Shown: positions 9,657-20,702 of the stretch, piece after piece
Layout of the letters: every line of letters starts with the position of its first letter
Numbering within the stretch: position 1 is the first letter of the stretch
NCBI GenBank assembly: GCA_963845145.1
Contig: CAWJQU010000008.1
Location: forward strand, 320,001-384,000
DNA from: an uncultured delta proteobacterium
GTDB lineage: Bacteria > Desulfobacterota > Desulfobacteria > Desulfobacterales > QNYZ01
Reading direction: 5' to 3'
DNA: 64,000 nucleotides
Notes under the pieces: generated by a model
Told to the model about the DNA's origin: nothing
The model's input: only the letters and a program-made list of their open reading frames with translations
The model's database searches: none
Program-made: the position numbers and the translations under genes

Positions 9657-11285
9657 ATGTTCTGTTTTCAATGTGAGCAAACGGCAAAAGGCGAAGGATG
9701 CGTTACCAAGGGCGTATGTGGAAAAACATCCGATGTGGCGGCCCTTCAGGATCTTTTGATTCATGCTCAAAAAGGTCTTTCGCTCATCGCGGCGGAAGGT
9801 CGCAAGGTGGGTGTTGTGGATTCGGAGGTAGACAAATTTTCCAACCAGGCGATTTTTGCCACCTTGACCAATGTGGACTTTGATCCGGATCGATTCGTCA
9901 CTTTGATTAATGACGCGGTTCGATTAAGGGAAGCCCTCAAGGAAAAAGTGAGTAGCGCGGGCGGAAAAATCGATTTCTCGGATGACGCGGCCAATTTTTC
10001 ACCGGCAGCCGATCGCGACCAATTGATTGGCCAGGGCCAAAAAGTGGCCATCGACGCCGACCCTGATTTTAATGCCGACCTCCGTGGGTTAAGAGAGCTT
10101 TTGATTTACGGCATTAAAGGGACGGCCGCCTACGCCGATCATGCCCGCATTATGGGCCAGGAAGATGATCAGATCTACGCCTACATTCATGAAGCCATGG
10201 CCGCCACCCTAAATCCGGACTTATCCGTCGATGATTATGTGGGTTTGGTTTTAAAATGTGGTGAAATAAATCTCCGTGCCATGGAGCTTCTCGATAAAGG
10301 GAACACAGACACCTACGGTCACCCGGTACCCACCAAGGTTCCACTGGGAGCCAAGGCCGGTAAGGCCATTTTGGTTTCAGGGCATGATTTAAAAGATCTG
10401 GGCCTCCTTCTGGAACAAACGGAAGGCAAAGGCATCAATATTTATACCCATGGCGAAATGCTCCCCTGCCACGGCTATCCCGAGCTGAAAAAATATGCCC
10501 ATTTTCATGGCCATTACGGCACCGCCTGGCAAAATCAGAAAAAAGAATTCGATGCATTTCCCGGCGCTATTCTGATGACGACCAACTGCATTCAAAAACC
10601 GAAAGAGTCGTATCAGGACCATATTTTTACAACCGGTCTGGTCGGATGGCCCGGCGTTACCCATATTGCCGGCAAAGATTTTTCACAGGTTATCGACAAG
10701 GCCCTGGAAATGCAGGGTTTCACCGAAGATACACCTGGCAAGGAAGTGATGGTCGGTTTCGGCCATAACGCCGTTCTAGGCGTCGCGCCTCAGGTCATTG
10801 AGGCGGTTAAAAATAAGGCCATCCGTCACTTCTTCCTCGTGGGCGGATGCGACGGAGCCAAACCCGGGCGGGATTATTATACCCAATTCGTGGAGCAAGT
10901 TCCCAAGGATTGTATTGTCCTGACCCTTGCCTGCGGAAAATTCCGCTTTTTTGACCAAGACTTGGGTGATATCGGCGGAATTCCACGACTGCTTGATGTG
11001 GGGCAGTGCAACGATGCTTTTTCGGCCATCAAAATCGCTTCGGCCCTGGCCGGCGCTTTCGAATGCGGTGTCAACGACCTGCCGTTATCCATGATTCTTT
11101 CCTGGTATGAGCAGAAGGCCTGTTCCATCCTGTTGAGCCTGCTGCATCTGGGGATCAAAGATATTCGTTTGGGGCCCAGCCTGCCGGCATTCATCACCCC
11201 CAACGTCCTTGACGTACTGGTGAAGAATTTCAATATTATGCCCATCGGCACACCAGAGGACGACCTGAAAGCGATCCTGGGATAA
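9657..11285 (+). CDS. hcp: hybrid cluster protein (hydroxylamine/NO reductase)
   Basis: MFCFQCEQTAKGEGC..GVCGK, SGHDL, YTHGEMLP, TTNC, GGCDG, GQCND, WYEQKA; start placed at ATG 9657. Confidence 0.97.
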   Translation: MFCFQCEQTAKGEGCVTKGVCGKTSDVAALQDLLIHAQKGLSLIAAEGRKVGVVDSEVDKFSNQAIFATLTNVDFDPDRFVTLINDAVRLREALKEKVSSAGGKIDFSDDAANFSPAADRDQLIGQGQKVAIDADPDFNADLRGLRELLIYGIKGTAAYADHARIMGQEDDQIYAYIHEAMAATLNPDLSVDDYVGLVLKCGEINLRAMELLDKGNTDTYGHPVPTKVPLGAKAGKAILVSGHDLKDLGLLLEQTEGKGINIYTHGEMLPCHGYPELKKYAHFHGHYGTAWQNQKKEFDAFPGAILMTTNCIQKPKESYQDHIFTTGLVGWPGVTHIAGKDFSQVIDKALEMQGFTEDTPGKEVMVGFGHNAVLGVAPQVIEAVKNKAIRHFFLVGGCDGAKPGRDYYTQFVEQVPKDCIVLTLACGKFRFFDQDLGDIGGIPRLLDVGQCNDAFSAIKIASALAGAFECGVNDLPLSMILSWYEQKACSILLSLLHLGIKDIRLGPSLPAFITPNVLDVLVKNFNIMPIGTPEDDLKAILG

Positions 11286-11291
11286 GTGCAG

Positions 11292-11363
11292 TTGACGATT
11301 GGCGATTGAAGATGGAGTGAAATTGCATTTTTTGTTCGATCAACGTCCATCGACAATCGTCAA
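11292..11363. repeat. intergenic palindromic repeat
   Basis: TTGACGATTG...CAATCGTCAA inverted repeat with degenerate 7-mer reiterations. Confidence 0.55.
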
Positions 11364-11388
11364 TTAACAATGCCAAGGGAGAAAGCCA

Positions 11389-12129
11389 ATGAAATGTCCG
11401 GGACAAGATACCCAATATTGGGACCAAGAGGCGATTTTCGAAGCCAAATGCCCCGAATGCAAACATGTGGTCGAGTTTTTCAAAGACGATACCACACGCA
11501 AATGCGGAAAATGCGGGCATCGTTTTGTTAACCCCAAAATGGATTTTGGCTGTGCCGCCTATTGTCAGTATGCCGACCAGTGCGTGGGCGATCTGCCGCC
11601 GGAATTATTGGCCCAGAAGGAAGACCTGTTAAAAGACCGGGTTGCTGTCGAGATGAAGCGCTACTTTAAAACCGATTTTAAACGAATCGGACACGCCACT
11701 CGCGTCGCCCGTTACGCAGAGCGAATTGGTAAGGCCGAAGGTGCCAACATGGCCGTTGTGCTATCTGCCGCATACCTGCACGATATCGGGATTCAGGCTG
11801 CGGAAGAGAAGCACGGCAGCACGTCCGGAAGTCTGCAGGAGCAGGAAGGGCCACCTATCGCCCAGGCCATTTTGGAAAAGCTAAATGCCCCGGAGGAATT
11901 GATTGTCGAAGTCTGCGATATTGTCGCGCATCACCACCATCCCCGTGAAAACGACACCTTGAATTTCAGGGTGCTTTACGATGCGGATACCATCGAAAAT
12001 TTAGACGAAAAGCGCCAAAATTCGTCGATAGATAAAGATCGTCTATCTCAAATCATTGAAAAATCGATATTTACTAAATCAGGTAAAGCCGAGGCAAAAA
12101 AACTGTTTCTTGAAACACAACCAGCCTGA
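11389..12129 (+). CDS. HD-domain phosphohydrolase with Cys-rich N-terminal metal-binding domain
   Basis: CPEC, CGKC, CAAYC..C at the N-terminus; H..YLHDIG..HHHH..DAD HD motifs. Confidence 0.85.
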   Translation: MKCPGQDTQYWDQEAIFEAKCPECKHVVEFFKDDTTRKCGKCGHRFVNPKMDFGCAAYCQYADQCVGDLPPELLAQKEDLLKDRVAVEMKRYFKTDFKRIGHATRVARYAERIGKAEGANMAVVLSAAYLHDIGIQAAEEKHGSTSGSLQEQEGPPIAQAILEKLNAPEELIVEVCDIVAHHHHPRENDTLNFRVLYDADTIENLDEKRQNSSIDKDRLSQIIEKSIFTKSGKAEAKKLFLETQPA

Positions 12130-12145
12130 AATGGAGGCATCACCC

Positions 12146-12922
12146 ATGAAAGTGACTAGAAAAATAATAAAAATCGACGATGAATTATGCGACGGGTGTG
12201 GTAACTGCGTTACCGGGTGTGCCGAAGGTGCCCTGGCTATCATCGATGAAAAAGCCCGCGTTGTGGCCGATAAATTTTGTGACGGCCTGGGCGCGTGTAT
12301 CGGCGAATGCCCCACCGGCGCTCTGACGATTATCGAAAGAGAGGCGGACGAGTTCGATGAAGAAGCTGTTGAAGCCCATCTCGCCACTCAGACGGAACAG
12401 GCGACGGGTGAGAATCAGCACCCGGCGGGATGTCCCTCGGCCAAATTCGATATGCATGAGCCTGAATCACCCTGCCAGTGCGCCAATCAGGCGGTGGCGT
12501 TCGATGCGGACCAAAGCCCGGATAAAGCGCCGGATCAGCCCTCGGCACTGTCCCATTGGCCGGTGCAAATTCGCCTGGTGCCACCCAATGCACCTTTCTT
12601 AAAAGGTGCCAGTCTCCTGGTCGTAGCCGATTGCGGCCCATTGTCATACCCTAACTTTCATCGTGATTTTTTAAAGGGCAAGGCCGTGATGATGGGGTGC
12701 CCCAAGTTCGACGAAGTGGATGCGTATATCGATAAATTTGCCCAGATTGCCACCGTATCCGGCGTGAAAGATATCACGACGGTGATCATGGAAGTCCCCT
12801 GCTGTTCGGGTTTACCCATGATTGTTCGAAAGGGGATGGAAAAAGCCGGAAAGGCAATTCCCATGGAGGAAGTTGTGATCAGTACACGCGGGAAAATCCT
12901 GGAAAGAAGGAAGGTGGCCTAG
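12146..12922 (+). CDS. 2x[4Fe-4S] ferredoxin-domain protein of hcp operons
   Basis: CDGCGNCVTGC, CDGLGACIGECP, WPVQ, GCPKFD, MEVPCC; start at ATG 12146 after GGAGG. Confidence 0.85.
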   Translation: MKVTRKIIKIDDELCDGCGNCVTGCAEGALAIIDEKARVVADKFCDGLGACIGECPTGALTIIEREADEFDEEAVEAHLATQTEQATGENQHPAGCPSAKFDMHEPESPCQCANQAVAFDADQSPDKAPDQPSALSHWPVQIRLVPPNAPFLKGASLLVVADCGPLSYPNFHRDFLKGKAVMMGCPKFDEVDAYIDKFAQIATVSGVKDITTVIMEVPCCSGLPMIVRKGMEKAGKAIPMEEVVISTRGKILERRKVA

Positions 12923-12930
12923 GTGGTTTA

Positions 12931-12997
12931 CCGGTTGGCCCGTTAACCCGTTTACCCGTCGACCAGCAAACCGGTGAACCGGCTAACGGGCCAACCG
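12931..12997. repeat. 8-bp-periodic palindromic repeat between convergent genes
   Basis: Perfect 14-bp inverted repeat CGGTTGGCCCGTTA/TAACGGGCCAACCG enclosing degenerate 8-mer units. Confidence 0.7.
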
Positions 12998-13792
12998 AAT
13001 AAAATCCCCGTCGGTCAGAATCTCGGCGAATCTGGCACCGCCAACGCTTCGTTGCTTGTATAGAGAAATACATCCCCTGATGGTCTCAAGAACCTCCGCT
13101 TCGGTGAAAATACCGGGAAGTTCCCGGGCCAACTGCGGGTGTCGGCCCAGTTTGCCGCCCAGTTGCACCCGATAGCCGGTTTCTCCCTTTGTCAGCCTTC
13201 CAGTGGGACATACAGCCATACACTGGCCGCAGTAAAGACATCGCCGCCCATCAATCACCGGCCCATCGCCATTTTTCAATAATTTGACCGCACCCTCCTT
13301 GCAGGCCGTTACACAAGCCTCACATTCGGTACATTCTGAATCCGTGATAGAGGGACCAGCAGCGCCAATAATACCAATATCTTTAATTTGAGGCTGGGAG
13401 CAGGCATTGGGACAATCGGCCAGAGATACCCGAAATTCATGATGGAACTTTAGGCCCCCTGCGACCGACCCCTTCAAAAACTGCAAAAGGTCCGCCTCTT
13501 GGAAAATGGCATCGATCTTTTCAAACAGATCGTCGGAAATAATCGCACGGTTAGGACACCCCGAGGAACCAAAACAACGATTCACCTGGTAGCCTTTAAT
13601 CTCATGGTTTTTTTTGCGTAAAAACTTTTCCTGAGTTGCCTTGGCCTGCGTCGCCTCGACATCCGCCAGGGTAATGTAATCTTTACCCTCACCGGCGGCC
13701 TCTTTTTCCACATGCGCGCGGACCCGTTTTCGCACAAATAGAGGCACCTTTTTAACCGCTGCTTCTGCTTCGTTCGACCATCGCATCGACAC
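12983..13792 (-). CDS. nitrite/sulfite-reductase 4Fe-4S-domain protein with ferredoxin insert and N-terminal PCP_red-like helical domain
   Basis: WSNEAEAAVKKVPLFVRKRVR; CX5C (CFGSSGC) and CX3C (CPNAC); two CxxCxxCxxxC; GGKLGRHP. Confidence 0.75.
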   Translation of the reverse strand: MSMRWSNEAEAAVKKVPLFVRKRVRAHVEKEAAGEGKDYITLADVEATQAKATQEKFLRKKNHEIKGYQVNRCFGSSGCPNRAIISDDLFEKIDAIFQEADLLQFLKGSVAGGLKFHHEFRVSLADCPNACSQPQIKDIGIIGAAGPSITDSECTECEACVTACKEGAVKLLKNGDGPVIDGRRCLYCGQCMAVCPTGRLTKGETGYRVQLGGKLGRHPQLARELPGIFTEAEVLETIRGCISLYKQRSVGGARFAEILTDGDFIRLAR

Positions 13793-13880
13793 ATCAACTC
13801 CTCTCTAACCTGAAACAATAACCCCCATTTGAAGTAATGCAAGTAGATCCCATTTTACCTTCAACCGTCATTACTTGTGC

Positions 13881-13909
13881 TTGACAGTTTTACGGTCTGT
13901 TCTTATGAT
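13881..13909 (+). promoter_or_regulatory. sigma-70 promoter for the RND operon
   Basis: TTGACA-17 bp-TATGAT. Confidence 0.6.
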
Positions 13910-13977
13910 GCAGGCGACCTTGACGCATATTACCACTTCGCACCTTTTCTCACACCCCAACCGTTAGGAGAGATGCA

Positions 13978-15360
13978 ATGATGAAACAATCGATTATCCT
14001 GTTACTTTTGGGAGCCCTTTTTGGGGGTTCTATTTCGGTCCCTCCCCCTGCCCTGGGAGCCGACAGTACCACCCGGCGGTCGTCGCTCAATATCGAACAA
14101 GCCATTAAGGCCGCCCTTGTGAACAATCCCATGATAGCGATGGCCCAAGCCCGGGTGGCGGCCGCTGATAACCGCAAGGGTCAGGCCCGGTCAGGATTTT
14201 TACCCCAGGTTGATTTGAATGGATCATTTCAACGGACCACCAACCCCATGTGGGCTTTCGGCACCAAGTTAAACCAGGGCGCTATTGAGCCGGCCGATTT
14301 TACCCCGGACAGCCTCAACGAACCAGATCCGATAAACAATTTCGGAGGTGATGTTTCCCTGGGGTGGACCCTCTATAACGGTGGACAAATCCAGATCGGT
14401 CGTAAGCAGGCGGCCTTGGGAAAGGAAATTGCCGAACTCAATCTAACCCGCACCCGTCAGCAGGTGATCTCTCAAACCGCTATCTCCTATGCGGGCCTGC
14501 TGCTTGCCGGAGAAAACCTGAAGGTCGTCCAGCAGACACTTGATACGGCTCAGGCGAACCTGAAAATGGTGGAATCCACTTTCAAAGCCGGGGTTTCAAT
14601 CAAAAGCGACGTGTTAAGAGCCCAGGTACGGATCGCCAAACTGGCGCAATTGCTGGCCCTGGCCGAAAGCCAGGTGGAAACCGCCTGGGCCCGTTTAAAC
14701 ACGGTCATGGGAGCCATGACCAATGATCGCTACGAACTGGCCAGTTCGCTGGTACCTGGCCAAAAAATGGACGAGGCTTTGTCGGTCTGGATTTACAGCG
14801 CCCTGCATCACCGCCCCGATTTAAAAGGGATGCGTTTGCAACATGAAGTCGCGGCAAAAGAGGTCCAAAAAGCGCGGGGGGCCCACTTGCCGGCCATCAA
14901 TCTCAAAGGTAAGTATGAAATCAATACAGAAGATTTTGACGATACGGCCGATAATTACATGCTGGCGGCCGGCTTGCGCATCAATCTTTTTTCCGGCCTT
15001 CGTTTGACGGCCCGGGAAGCGGAAGCAAGATCGTTACTGGCAGCCACCAAAGCCCAGGAATATCAGACCATCCTCAACGTTCGACTCGAAACCGAGAGTG
15101 CCTTTCAACAAGCCAAAAGCGCTCTATTGAGCATCGATGTTTCCCGGGTGGCCGTCACCCAAGCCGAAGAAACACTGCGGATTATCACCAATCGGTATAA
15201 TAGCGGACTTGTTACCATCGTGAGTTTACTGGATGCGGAAGTCGCCCTGCAGCAAGCGCGCATGAATCATTTCAATCGCCTGCACGATTATAAAGTAGCC
15301 ATGATAAGCCTGATGTTGTCGGCCGGCACCATTGATCAACAAATATCGAAATTATTGTAA
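13978..15360 (+). CDS. TolC-family outer membrane efflux protein
   Basis: Signal peptide, two OEP repeats (FLPQVDL, HLPAINL), Y..G....LLDA C-terminus. Confidence 0.9.
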   Translation: MMKQSIILLLLGALFGGSISVPPPALGADSTTRRSSLNIEQAIKAALVNNPMIAMAQARVAAADNRKGQARSGFLPQVDLNGSFQRTTNPMWAFGTKLNQGAIEPADFTPDSLNEPDPINNFGGDVSLGWTLYNGGQIQIGRKQAALGKEIAELNLTRTRQQVISQTAISYAGLLLAGENLKVVQQTLDTAQANLKMVESTFKAGVSIKSDVLRAQVRIAKLAQLLALAESQVETAWARLNTVMGAMTNDRYELASSLVPGQKMDEALSVWIYSALHHRPDLKGMRLQHEVAAKEVQKARGAHLPAINLKGKYEINTEDFDDTADNYMLAAGLRINLFSGLRLTAREAEARSLLAATKAQEYQTILNVRLETESAFQQAKSALLSIDVSRVAVTQAEETLRIITNRYNSGLVTIVSLLDAEVALQQARMNHFNRLHDYKVAMISLMLSAGTIDQQISKLL

Positions 15361-15413
15361 CGAATGGCTTCAATCTGTCTCCTAATCATTTACAAGGTCA
15401 AATAACCCGCGGA

Positions 15414-16586
15414 GTGAATATGCAACCCAATCGTTTTAAAATGATCGGATTAGGCGTCGTATTTGTTTTGATGACCGCTTGCGGTGAGAAGATCGAGCCG
15501 GGAAATACCAAAACCTTCTCGACCGGTAAAGTGCATGCGGCGGTAGGAACAGCGGCGATTGCCAATCAGTCTTTCAGTTATACGGCCGTTGGTACGGTGG
15601 AAGCGCGCAGCAGCAGCACCATTTCCAGCACCCTGATGGGGACGATTCAAGCGATCAACGTCAGGGAAGGCGACCGGGTTAAAAAAGACGAAGTGCTGGT
15701 GATTATCGACGACCGGCAGGTATCCGCCGGATTTGATCAGGCCGAGGCAGGCCTGGCAGAAGCCAGGCGGGCACTTCAGGCAGCGGAAGCTGCAAGGGAA
15801 GGAGCCAAGGCCGATGCCACCCTGGCCGAGTCAACGTACAATCGTTATAAACGTCTTCATGCCGAAGAGTCGATCAGCCGACAGGAATTCGATGAAGTCA
15901 ATACGCGCTATAAAAAGGCGACCAATGGTCTGACCCAGGCCGAAGCCATGGTTGCCGCAGCCACCCACCGGATCAATCGGGCCAAAGCTGCGGCGATGTC
16001 TGCTCGAATCAGCAAAAAGGATGTCGAAGTGCGTGCCCCTTACGATGGTCTCGTTACTTTGAAAATGGCCAATGTCGGTGATTTGGCATCGCCGGGAACC
16101 CCATTCTTAACTTTGGAAGGCGGCCGCGGCTACCAAGTCAAACTGATCCTGCCGGAAGTTTACATCGGAACGATCCATACCGGGCAGGCATTGCCCGTCA
16201 GCATCCCATCACTTGCCCGCCTTAAGCTAAACGGCACCATCGAAACCATTTCAACGGGTGCCGACCAACTCACCCGATCGTTTTACGTTAAGGTGGTATT
16301 GCCAGAGGACCCAAGTTTACGTTCGGGCATGTTTGCCCGCGTGGCCATCCCTGTCAGCCAAACCGGTATGATCACCCTTCCCCGCACGGCTGTGATTGAA
16401 CGGGGACAACTATCCGGATTTTATTGGATCGATCAAGAAAACATCGCTCATTTCAGGTTGCTTCGCACCGGACGTACCCTGGATGACCGGGTCGAAGTCG
16501 TATCCGGATTAAAGGCCGGGGATCGATACATCGTCGATCCCAAGCCAGACATAGCGGATGGCGTAACGGTTGAGGCTGCCTCATGA
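15414..16586 (+). CDS. RND efflux periplasmic adaptor (membrane fusion lipoprotein)
   Basis: Lipobox MTAC, lipoyl halves (VREGDRV, VRAPYDG), LRSGMFARV. Confidence 0.92.
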   Translation: MNMQPNRFKMIGLGVVFVLMTACGEKIEPGNTKTFSTGKVHAAVGTAAIANQSFSYTAVGTVEARSSSTISSTLMGTIQAINVREGDRVKKDEVLVIIDDRQVSAGFDQAEAGLAEARRALQAAEAAREGAKADATLAESTYNRYKRLHAEESISRQEFDEVNTRYKKATNGLTQAEAMVAAATHRINRAKAAAMSARISKKDVEVRAPYDGLVTLKMANVGDLASPGTPFLTLEGGRGYQVKLILPEVYIGTIHTGQALPVSIPSLARLKLNGTIETISTGADQLTRSFYVKVVLPEDPSLRSGMFARVAIPVSQTGMITLPRTAVIERGQLSGFYWIDQENIAHFRLLRTGRTLDDRVEVVSGLKAGDRYIVDPKPDIADGVTVEAAS

Positions 16587-19500
16587 CCACTTTCAACGCC
16601 GGTCCCGCGGGCAAGATTGCGCATTTTTTTATCGATTCCAAGTTGACGCCTCTGGTCATCATCGCTTCAATCCTTTTGGGTATCGCGGCGGTCATTGCCC
16701 TTCCCCGGGAAGAGGAACCCCAGATCATTGTTCCGATGATCGATGTTTTCGTCCAAATGCCCGGTGCCAGTGCCAAGGAAGTGGAAGAGAGAGTGACCCG
16801 GCCCATGGAAAAACTGCTGTGGGAAATTCCCGGTGTCGAATATGTCTACTCAACTTCCAGTCCCGGCATGAGTATGGCCGTTATTCGGTTTTTTGTGGGT
16901 GAGAATGAAGAAGAAGCCATCGTTCGGCTGCAGGCAAAACTAACGGCCAACTACGACCGCATTCCCTGGCAGGTCACTCCTCCTTTGATCAAACCCCGTT
17001 ATATTGATGATGTACCGATTCTAGCCCTGACTTTCTGGAGCGATAGTGAAGATCATTACACCCTGCGCCGCGTGGCTGCGGAAGTTGAAAACCTTATCAA
17101 ACGTGAAAAAAATATTTCCATAACCACCCTTATCGGTGGTGCCTCCCGGCAGGTCACCATTCAGCTCGATCCGGTACGCCTCTCCGCCTTCAACCTCGAT
17201 CCTCAAATGGTTGCTCAGCGGTTGAGTGGCGCAAATCAAGCCGCCGATGCCGGCACCTACCCATCTATAGAAGGTCAAATTGTTGTCCATACGGGAAACT
17301 TTTTAAGTGATCTGGACGATGTTCGCCGGGTGGTGGTGGGGGCCCATAAAGGCCACCCTGTCTATATCCGCGATATTGCCGAAGTCCTGGATGGCCCTGG
17401 GGAACCGACGAACTATGTTTTTTTTGGGACGGGTCCGGCCGCTGAAGAAAAGGGCATAACCCCGGCAGCAGCAGACGAAGCCGTTTTTCCCGCCATCACC
17501 CTAACCGTTGCCAAACGGAAAGGGACCAACGCCGTATCTGTGGCCGAAAAAGTATTGGCGCGTCTTGAGGATGGCAAAGGGACCATCATTCCAGATAATA
17601 TCCATATGACCACGACCCGCCACTATGGCGAAACGGCCGAAGAGAAGTCCAACGAACTGCTTTATCACATGGCAATCGCCGTCATATCGGTTACAATTTT
17701 AATCATGCTGACCCTTGGATTTCGGGAATCGGGGGTTGTGGCTTTGGCGATCCCGGTTACCCTGGCGCTGACCCTGACGGTCTTCTACCTTTATGGCTAT
17801 ACCCTCAACCGGATTACGCTGTTTGCCCTGATATTTTCCATCGGCATTCTAGTCGATGATGCCATCGTGGTGGTGGAAAATATTGTGCGGCACCTGCGAC
17901 TGCCGCAAAATATCAATCGTTCCCGTTCCAGGGTGGCCGTTGAAGCCGTCGCCGAGGTAGGCAATCCCACGATCCTGGCAACCCTGACTGTTATCGCCGC
18001 CATCTTGCCCATGGCGTTTGTGGGTGGCTTGATGGGGCCTTATATGCGCCCTATTCCCATCGGTGCCTCGGCAGCCATGATTTTCTCCATGCTGGTGGCA
18101 TTTATCGTGACCCCCTGGGCATCCATGCGGCTGCTTCACCACAAAAAAAAAGAACCGGGGACAAAGGGTGCTCCGGAAGGGGAAAAAGAGGGCTGGGACA
18201 AACGCCTGTATCGAAAGGTCATGAATCCCCTGATACACAACGGATTCTGGAAATGGTCTTTTCTGGGTATGGTCGTCATTATGTTAGTGGCCGCGTGCAC
18301 ATTGGTGGGCATCGGGCTGGTGAGGGTCAAGATGTTGCCCTTTGACAATAAAAGCGAATTTCAGGTGATCATTGATATGCCCGAAGGGGCCACCCTGGAG
18401 GAAACCTCGGCCGCGGCCATGGAGATGGGCCGTTACCTTAAAACCGTCAATGAAGTCACCGATTTCCAAATCTATACCGGCACCGCCGGCCCGTTTAATT
18501 TTAACGGGCTGGTGCGACACTACGATCTACGCCAGGCCCCGTTCATGGCGGATATTCAGGTCAACCTGGCTGCCAAGCACCATCGCCGGGACCAAAGCCA
18601 TGCCATTGCCAAACGCGTACGGCCGCCTTTAAAAACAATTGCCGAGCGATACGGCGCCAAGGTTAAAATAGCCGAAGTTCCCCCCGGTCCGCCGGTTCTG
18701 TCTACCCTGGTGGCTGAAGTGTACGGACCAGATTATCAGCGCCGGCAGGAAATCGCAAAAAAGATCCGTACCATCTTTGAGGAAACCGATGGTGTTGTGG
18801 ACGTGGACTGGTATATGGAGGAAGATCATCCCCGCTATCAGCTGGAAATCGACCAGGAAAAAGCCGCGCTGCATGGCATCAGTGTCGCCCAGATCACCCA
18901 AACGTTACAGATGGCGCTCTCCGGACACAAGGTGGGCCTGTTGCATCAGGTCAAAGAAAAAGAAGATGTCCCCATTGTTTTACGGTTACCGCTGGAAGCC
19001 CGCGCGGGAATTGACCGGCTGAATACCATTAAAATCAGTGCCCCCGACGGAAGCCAGGTGCCGCTGTCGGCCTTAACCTTCGGCCGCCGTACCGAACCCG
19101 ACCGAAGCATTTATCATAAAAATCTAATGCCTGTTGTCTATGTGACCGGTGATGTTGCCGGCGCCAAGGAGAGTCCCGTTTACGCTATTTTAGAGATGCA
19201 AAAAACGGTCGCTGCGCTTGATTTGCCCGAAGGGTACCAAATTGATCAGCATACGGCGGCCCTGCCCGAAAGCGATCAGCGTTACGCCATGAAATGGGAT
19301 GGCGAATGGCATATCACCTATGAAGTTTTCAGAGACATGGGCATTGCCTTTGCTGTTGTCATGGTCCTGATTTTCGTATTGGTTGTGGGCTGGTTCCAAT
19401 CGTTTAGCACTCCGGTTACCATCATGGCGGCCATACCCTTTACGCTCATCGGCATTCTACCGGCCCACTGGGCCATGGGGGCTTTTTTCACGGCCACATC

Positions 19501-19843
19501 CATGATAGGCTTTATCGCCGGCGCCGGAATCGTGGTACGAAATTCCATCATTCTGGTCGATTTCATCGAATTGCGTTTGGCCGAAGGCATGCCTTTAGAC
19601 GAGGCAGTGGTGGATGCGGGTGCCGTTCGGTTTCGCCCAATGATGCTAACGGCGGCGGCCGTGGTCGTGGGGGCTTCGGTTATTCTGTTTGATCCCATTT
19701 TTCAGGGCCTGGCCATATCGCTCATGGCCGGCGAGGTCGCATCCCTTTTCTTTTCACGCATGACGGTGCCGATCCTCTACTATATGGATAAAAAGTGGGA
19801 AACGACCCATGGCCGGGAAAAATCAGAACAGCGTGCCGGTTAA
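16583..19843 (+). CDS. RND efflux permease (AcrB/CzcA superfamily)
   Basis: 1086 aa, [33 protein letters not shown]. Confidence 0.95.
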   Translation: MTTFNAGPAGKIAHFFIDSKLTPLVIIASILLGIAAVIALPREEEPQIIVPMIDVFVQMPGASAKEVEERVTRPMEKLLWEIPGVEYVYSTSSPGMSMAVIRFFVGENEEEAIVRLQAKLTANYDRIPWQVTPPLIKPRYIDDVPILALTFWSDSEDHYTLRRVAAEVENLIKREKNISITTLIGGASRQVTIQLDPVRLSAFNLDPQMVAQRLSGANQAADAGTYPSIEGQIVVHTGNFLSDLDDVRRVVVGAHKGHPVYIRDIAEVLDGPGEPTNYVFFGTGPAAEEKGITPAAADEAVFPAITLTVAKRKGTNAVSVAEKVLARLEDGKGTIIPDNIHMTTTRHYGETAEEKSNELLYHMAIAVISVTILIMLTLGFRESGVVALAIPVTLALTLTVFYLYGYTLNRITLFALIFSIGILVDDAIVVVENIVRHLRLPQNINRSRSRVAVEAVAEVGNPTILATLTVIAAILPMAFVGGLMGPYMRPIPIGASAAMIFSMLVAFIVTPWASMRLLHHKKKEPGTKGAPEGEKEGWDKRLYRKVMNPLIHNGFWKWSFLGMVVIMLVAACTLVGIGLVRVKMLPFDNKSEFQVIIDMPEGATLEETSAAAMEMGRYLKTVNEVTDFQIYTGTAGPFNFNGLVRHYDLRQAPFMADIQVNLAAKHHRRDQSHAIAKRVRPPLKTIAERYGAKVKIAEVPPGPPVLSTLVAEVYGPDYQRRQEIAKKIRTIFEETDGVVDVDWYMEEDHPRYQLEIDQEKAALHGISVAQITQTLQMALSGHKVGLLHQVKEKEDVPIVLRLPLEARAGIDRLNTIKISAPDGSQVPLSALTFGRRTEPDRSIYHKNLMPVVYVTGDVAGAKESPVYAILEMQKTVAALDLPEGYQIDQHTAALPESDQRYAMKWDGEWHITYEVFRDMGIAFAVVMVLIFVLVVGWFQSFSTPVTIMAAIPFTLIGILPAHWAMGAFFTATSMIGFIAGAGIVVRNSIILVDFIELRLAEGMPLDEAVVDAGAVRFRPMMLTAAAVVVGASVILFDPIFQGLAISLMAGEVASLFFSRMTVPILYYMDKKWETTHGREKSEQRAG

Positions 19844-19851
19844 CAGCCTAA

Positions 19852-20679
19852 ATGAGAACAGATGACCGTATGCTGAACACGAACAGGACAATTACCCACA
19901 TTCGCAATTGGCTTAAAGCCTACTGCGAACAGGCAGGCATGGCCGGATTTGTCGTGGGTATTTCCGGTGGAATCGATTCAGCGGTAACCTCCACCCTTTG
20001 TGCCCAGACCGGTTTCGAGGTGTTGGCGCTCAATTTGCCGATATACCAGGCTAAAAAACAGATCGATTTGTCCAACCAACATATCGCCTGGCTTCAAGCA
20101 ACCTACGGGCAGGTCAAAAACCTGACCGTAGAATTGTCAAACGCTTTCAAAGCCTTGGAACAGACCCTACCGGAAAAGATCCAGGATGATCTCACCATGG
20201 CCAATACGCGATCGCGCCTTCGTATGCTCACGTTGTTTGCGTTTGCCAATCACCATCGCCTGCTTGTCGCCGGGACGGGCAACAAGGTGGAAGACTTCGG
20301 CGTCGGCTTTTTCACCAAGTATGGAGACGGTGGCGTTGATCTGGCACCCATCGCCGATCTGATGAAATCCGAGGTCTACGCCCTGGCCGAAACGTTAGGG
20401 ATCTCAAAAGCGATCATTCAGGCACCGCCCACGGATGGCCTCTGGGATGACGATCGTACGGATGAAGCCCAGATCGGTGCCACCTATGTGGAGCTTGAGT
20501 GGGCTATGGCCTATGATATAAATACTTCGGATGCGTCGGTTCTTTCCGATCGACAAGAAGAGGTTCTCGCCATTTATCGACGTTTCAACCGCGCCAACCG
20601 TCACAAGGTGACGCCCATACCGATTTGTAAAATTCCGGATTCATATCGGCTGACCGTCGAAATTCCTTCGAAGGTTTAA
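19852..20679 (+). CDS. nadE: NH3-dependent NAD+ synthetase
   Basis: SGGIDS, NTRSRLRM, GFFTKYGDGG, PTDGLW. Confidence 0.95.
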   Translation: MRTDDRMLNTNRTITHIRNWLKAYCEQAGMAGFVVGISGGIDSAVTSTLCAQTGFEVLALNLPIYQAKKQIDLSNQHIAWLQATYGQVKNLTVELSNAFKALEQTLPEKIQDDLTMANTRSRLRMLTLFAFANHHRLLVAGTGNKVEDFGVGFFTKYGDGGVDLAPIADLMKSEVYALAETLGISKAIIQAPPTDGLWDDDRTDEAQIGATYVELEWAMAYDINTSDASVLSDRQEEVLAIYRRFNRANRHKVTPIPICKIPDSYRLTVEIPSKV

Positions 20680-20702
20680 CCGAGGTTGAAAAGTTTTCAG
20701 AT

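Noticed and set aside
12925..12997. Possible CRISPR array from periodic repeats
   Set aside because: Units are 8 bp with no unique spacers, and there are no cas genes in the window
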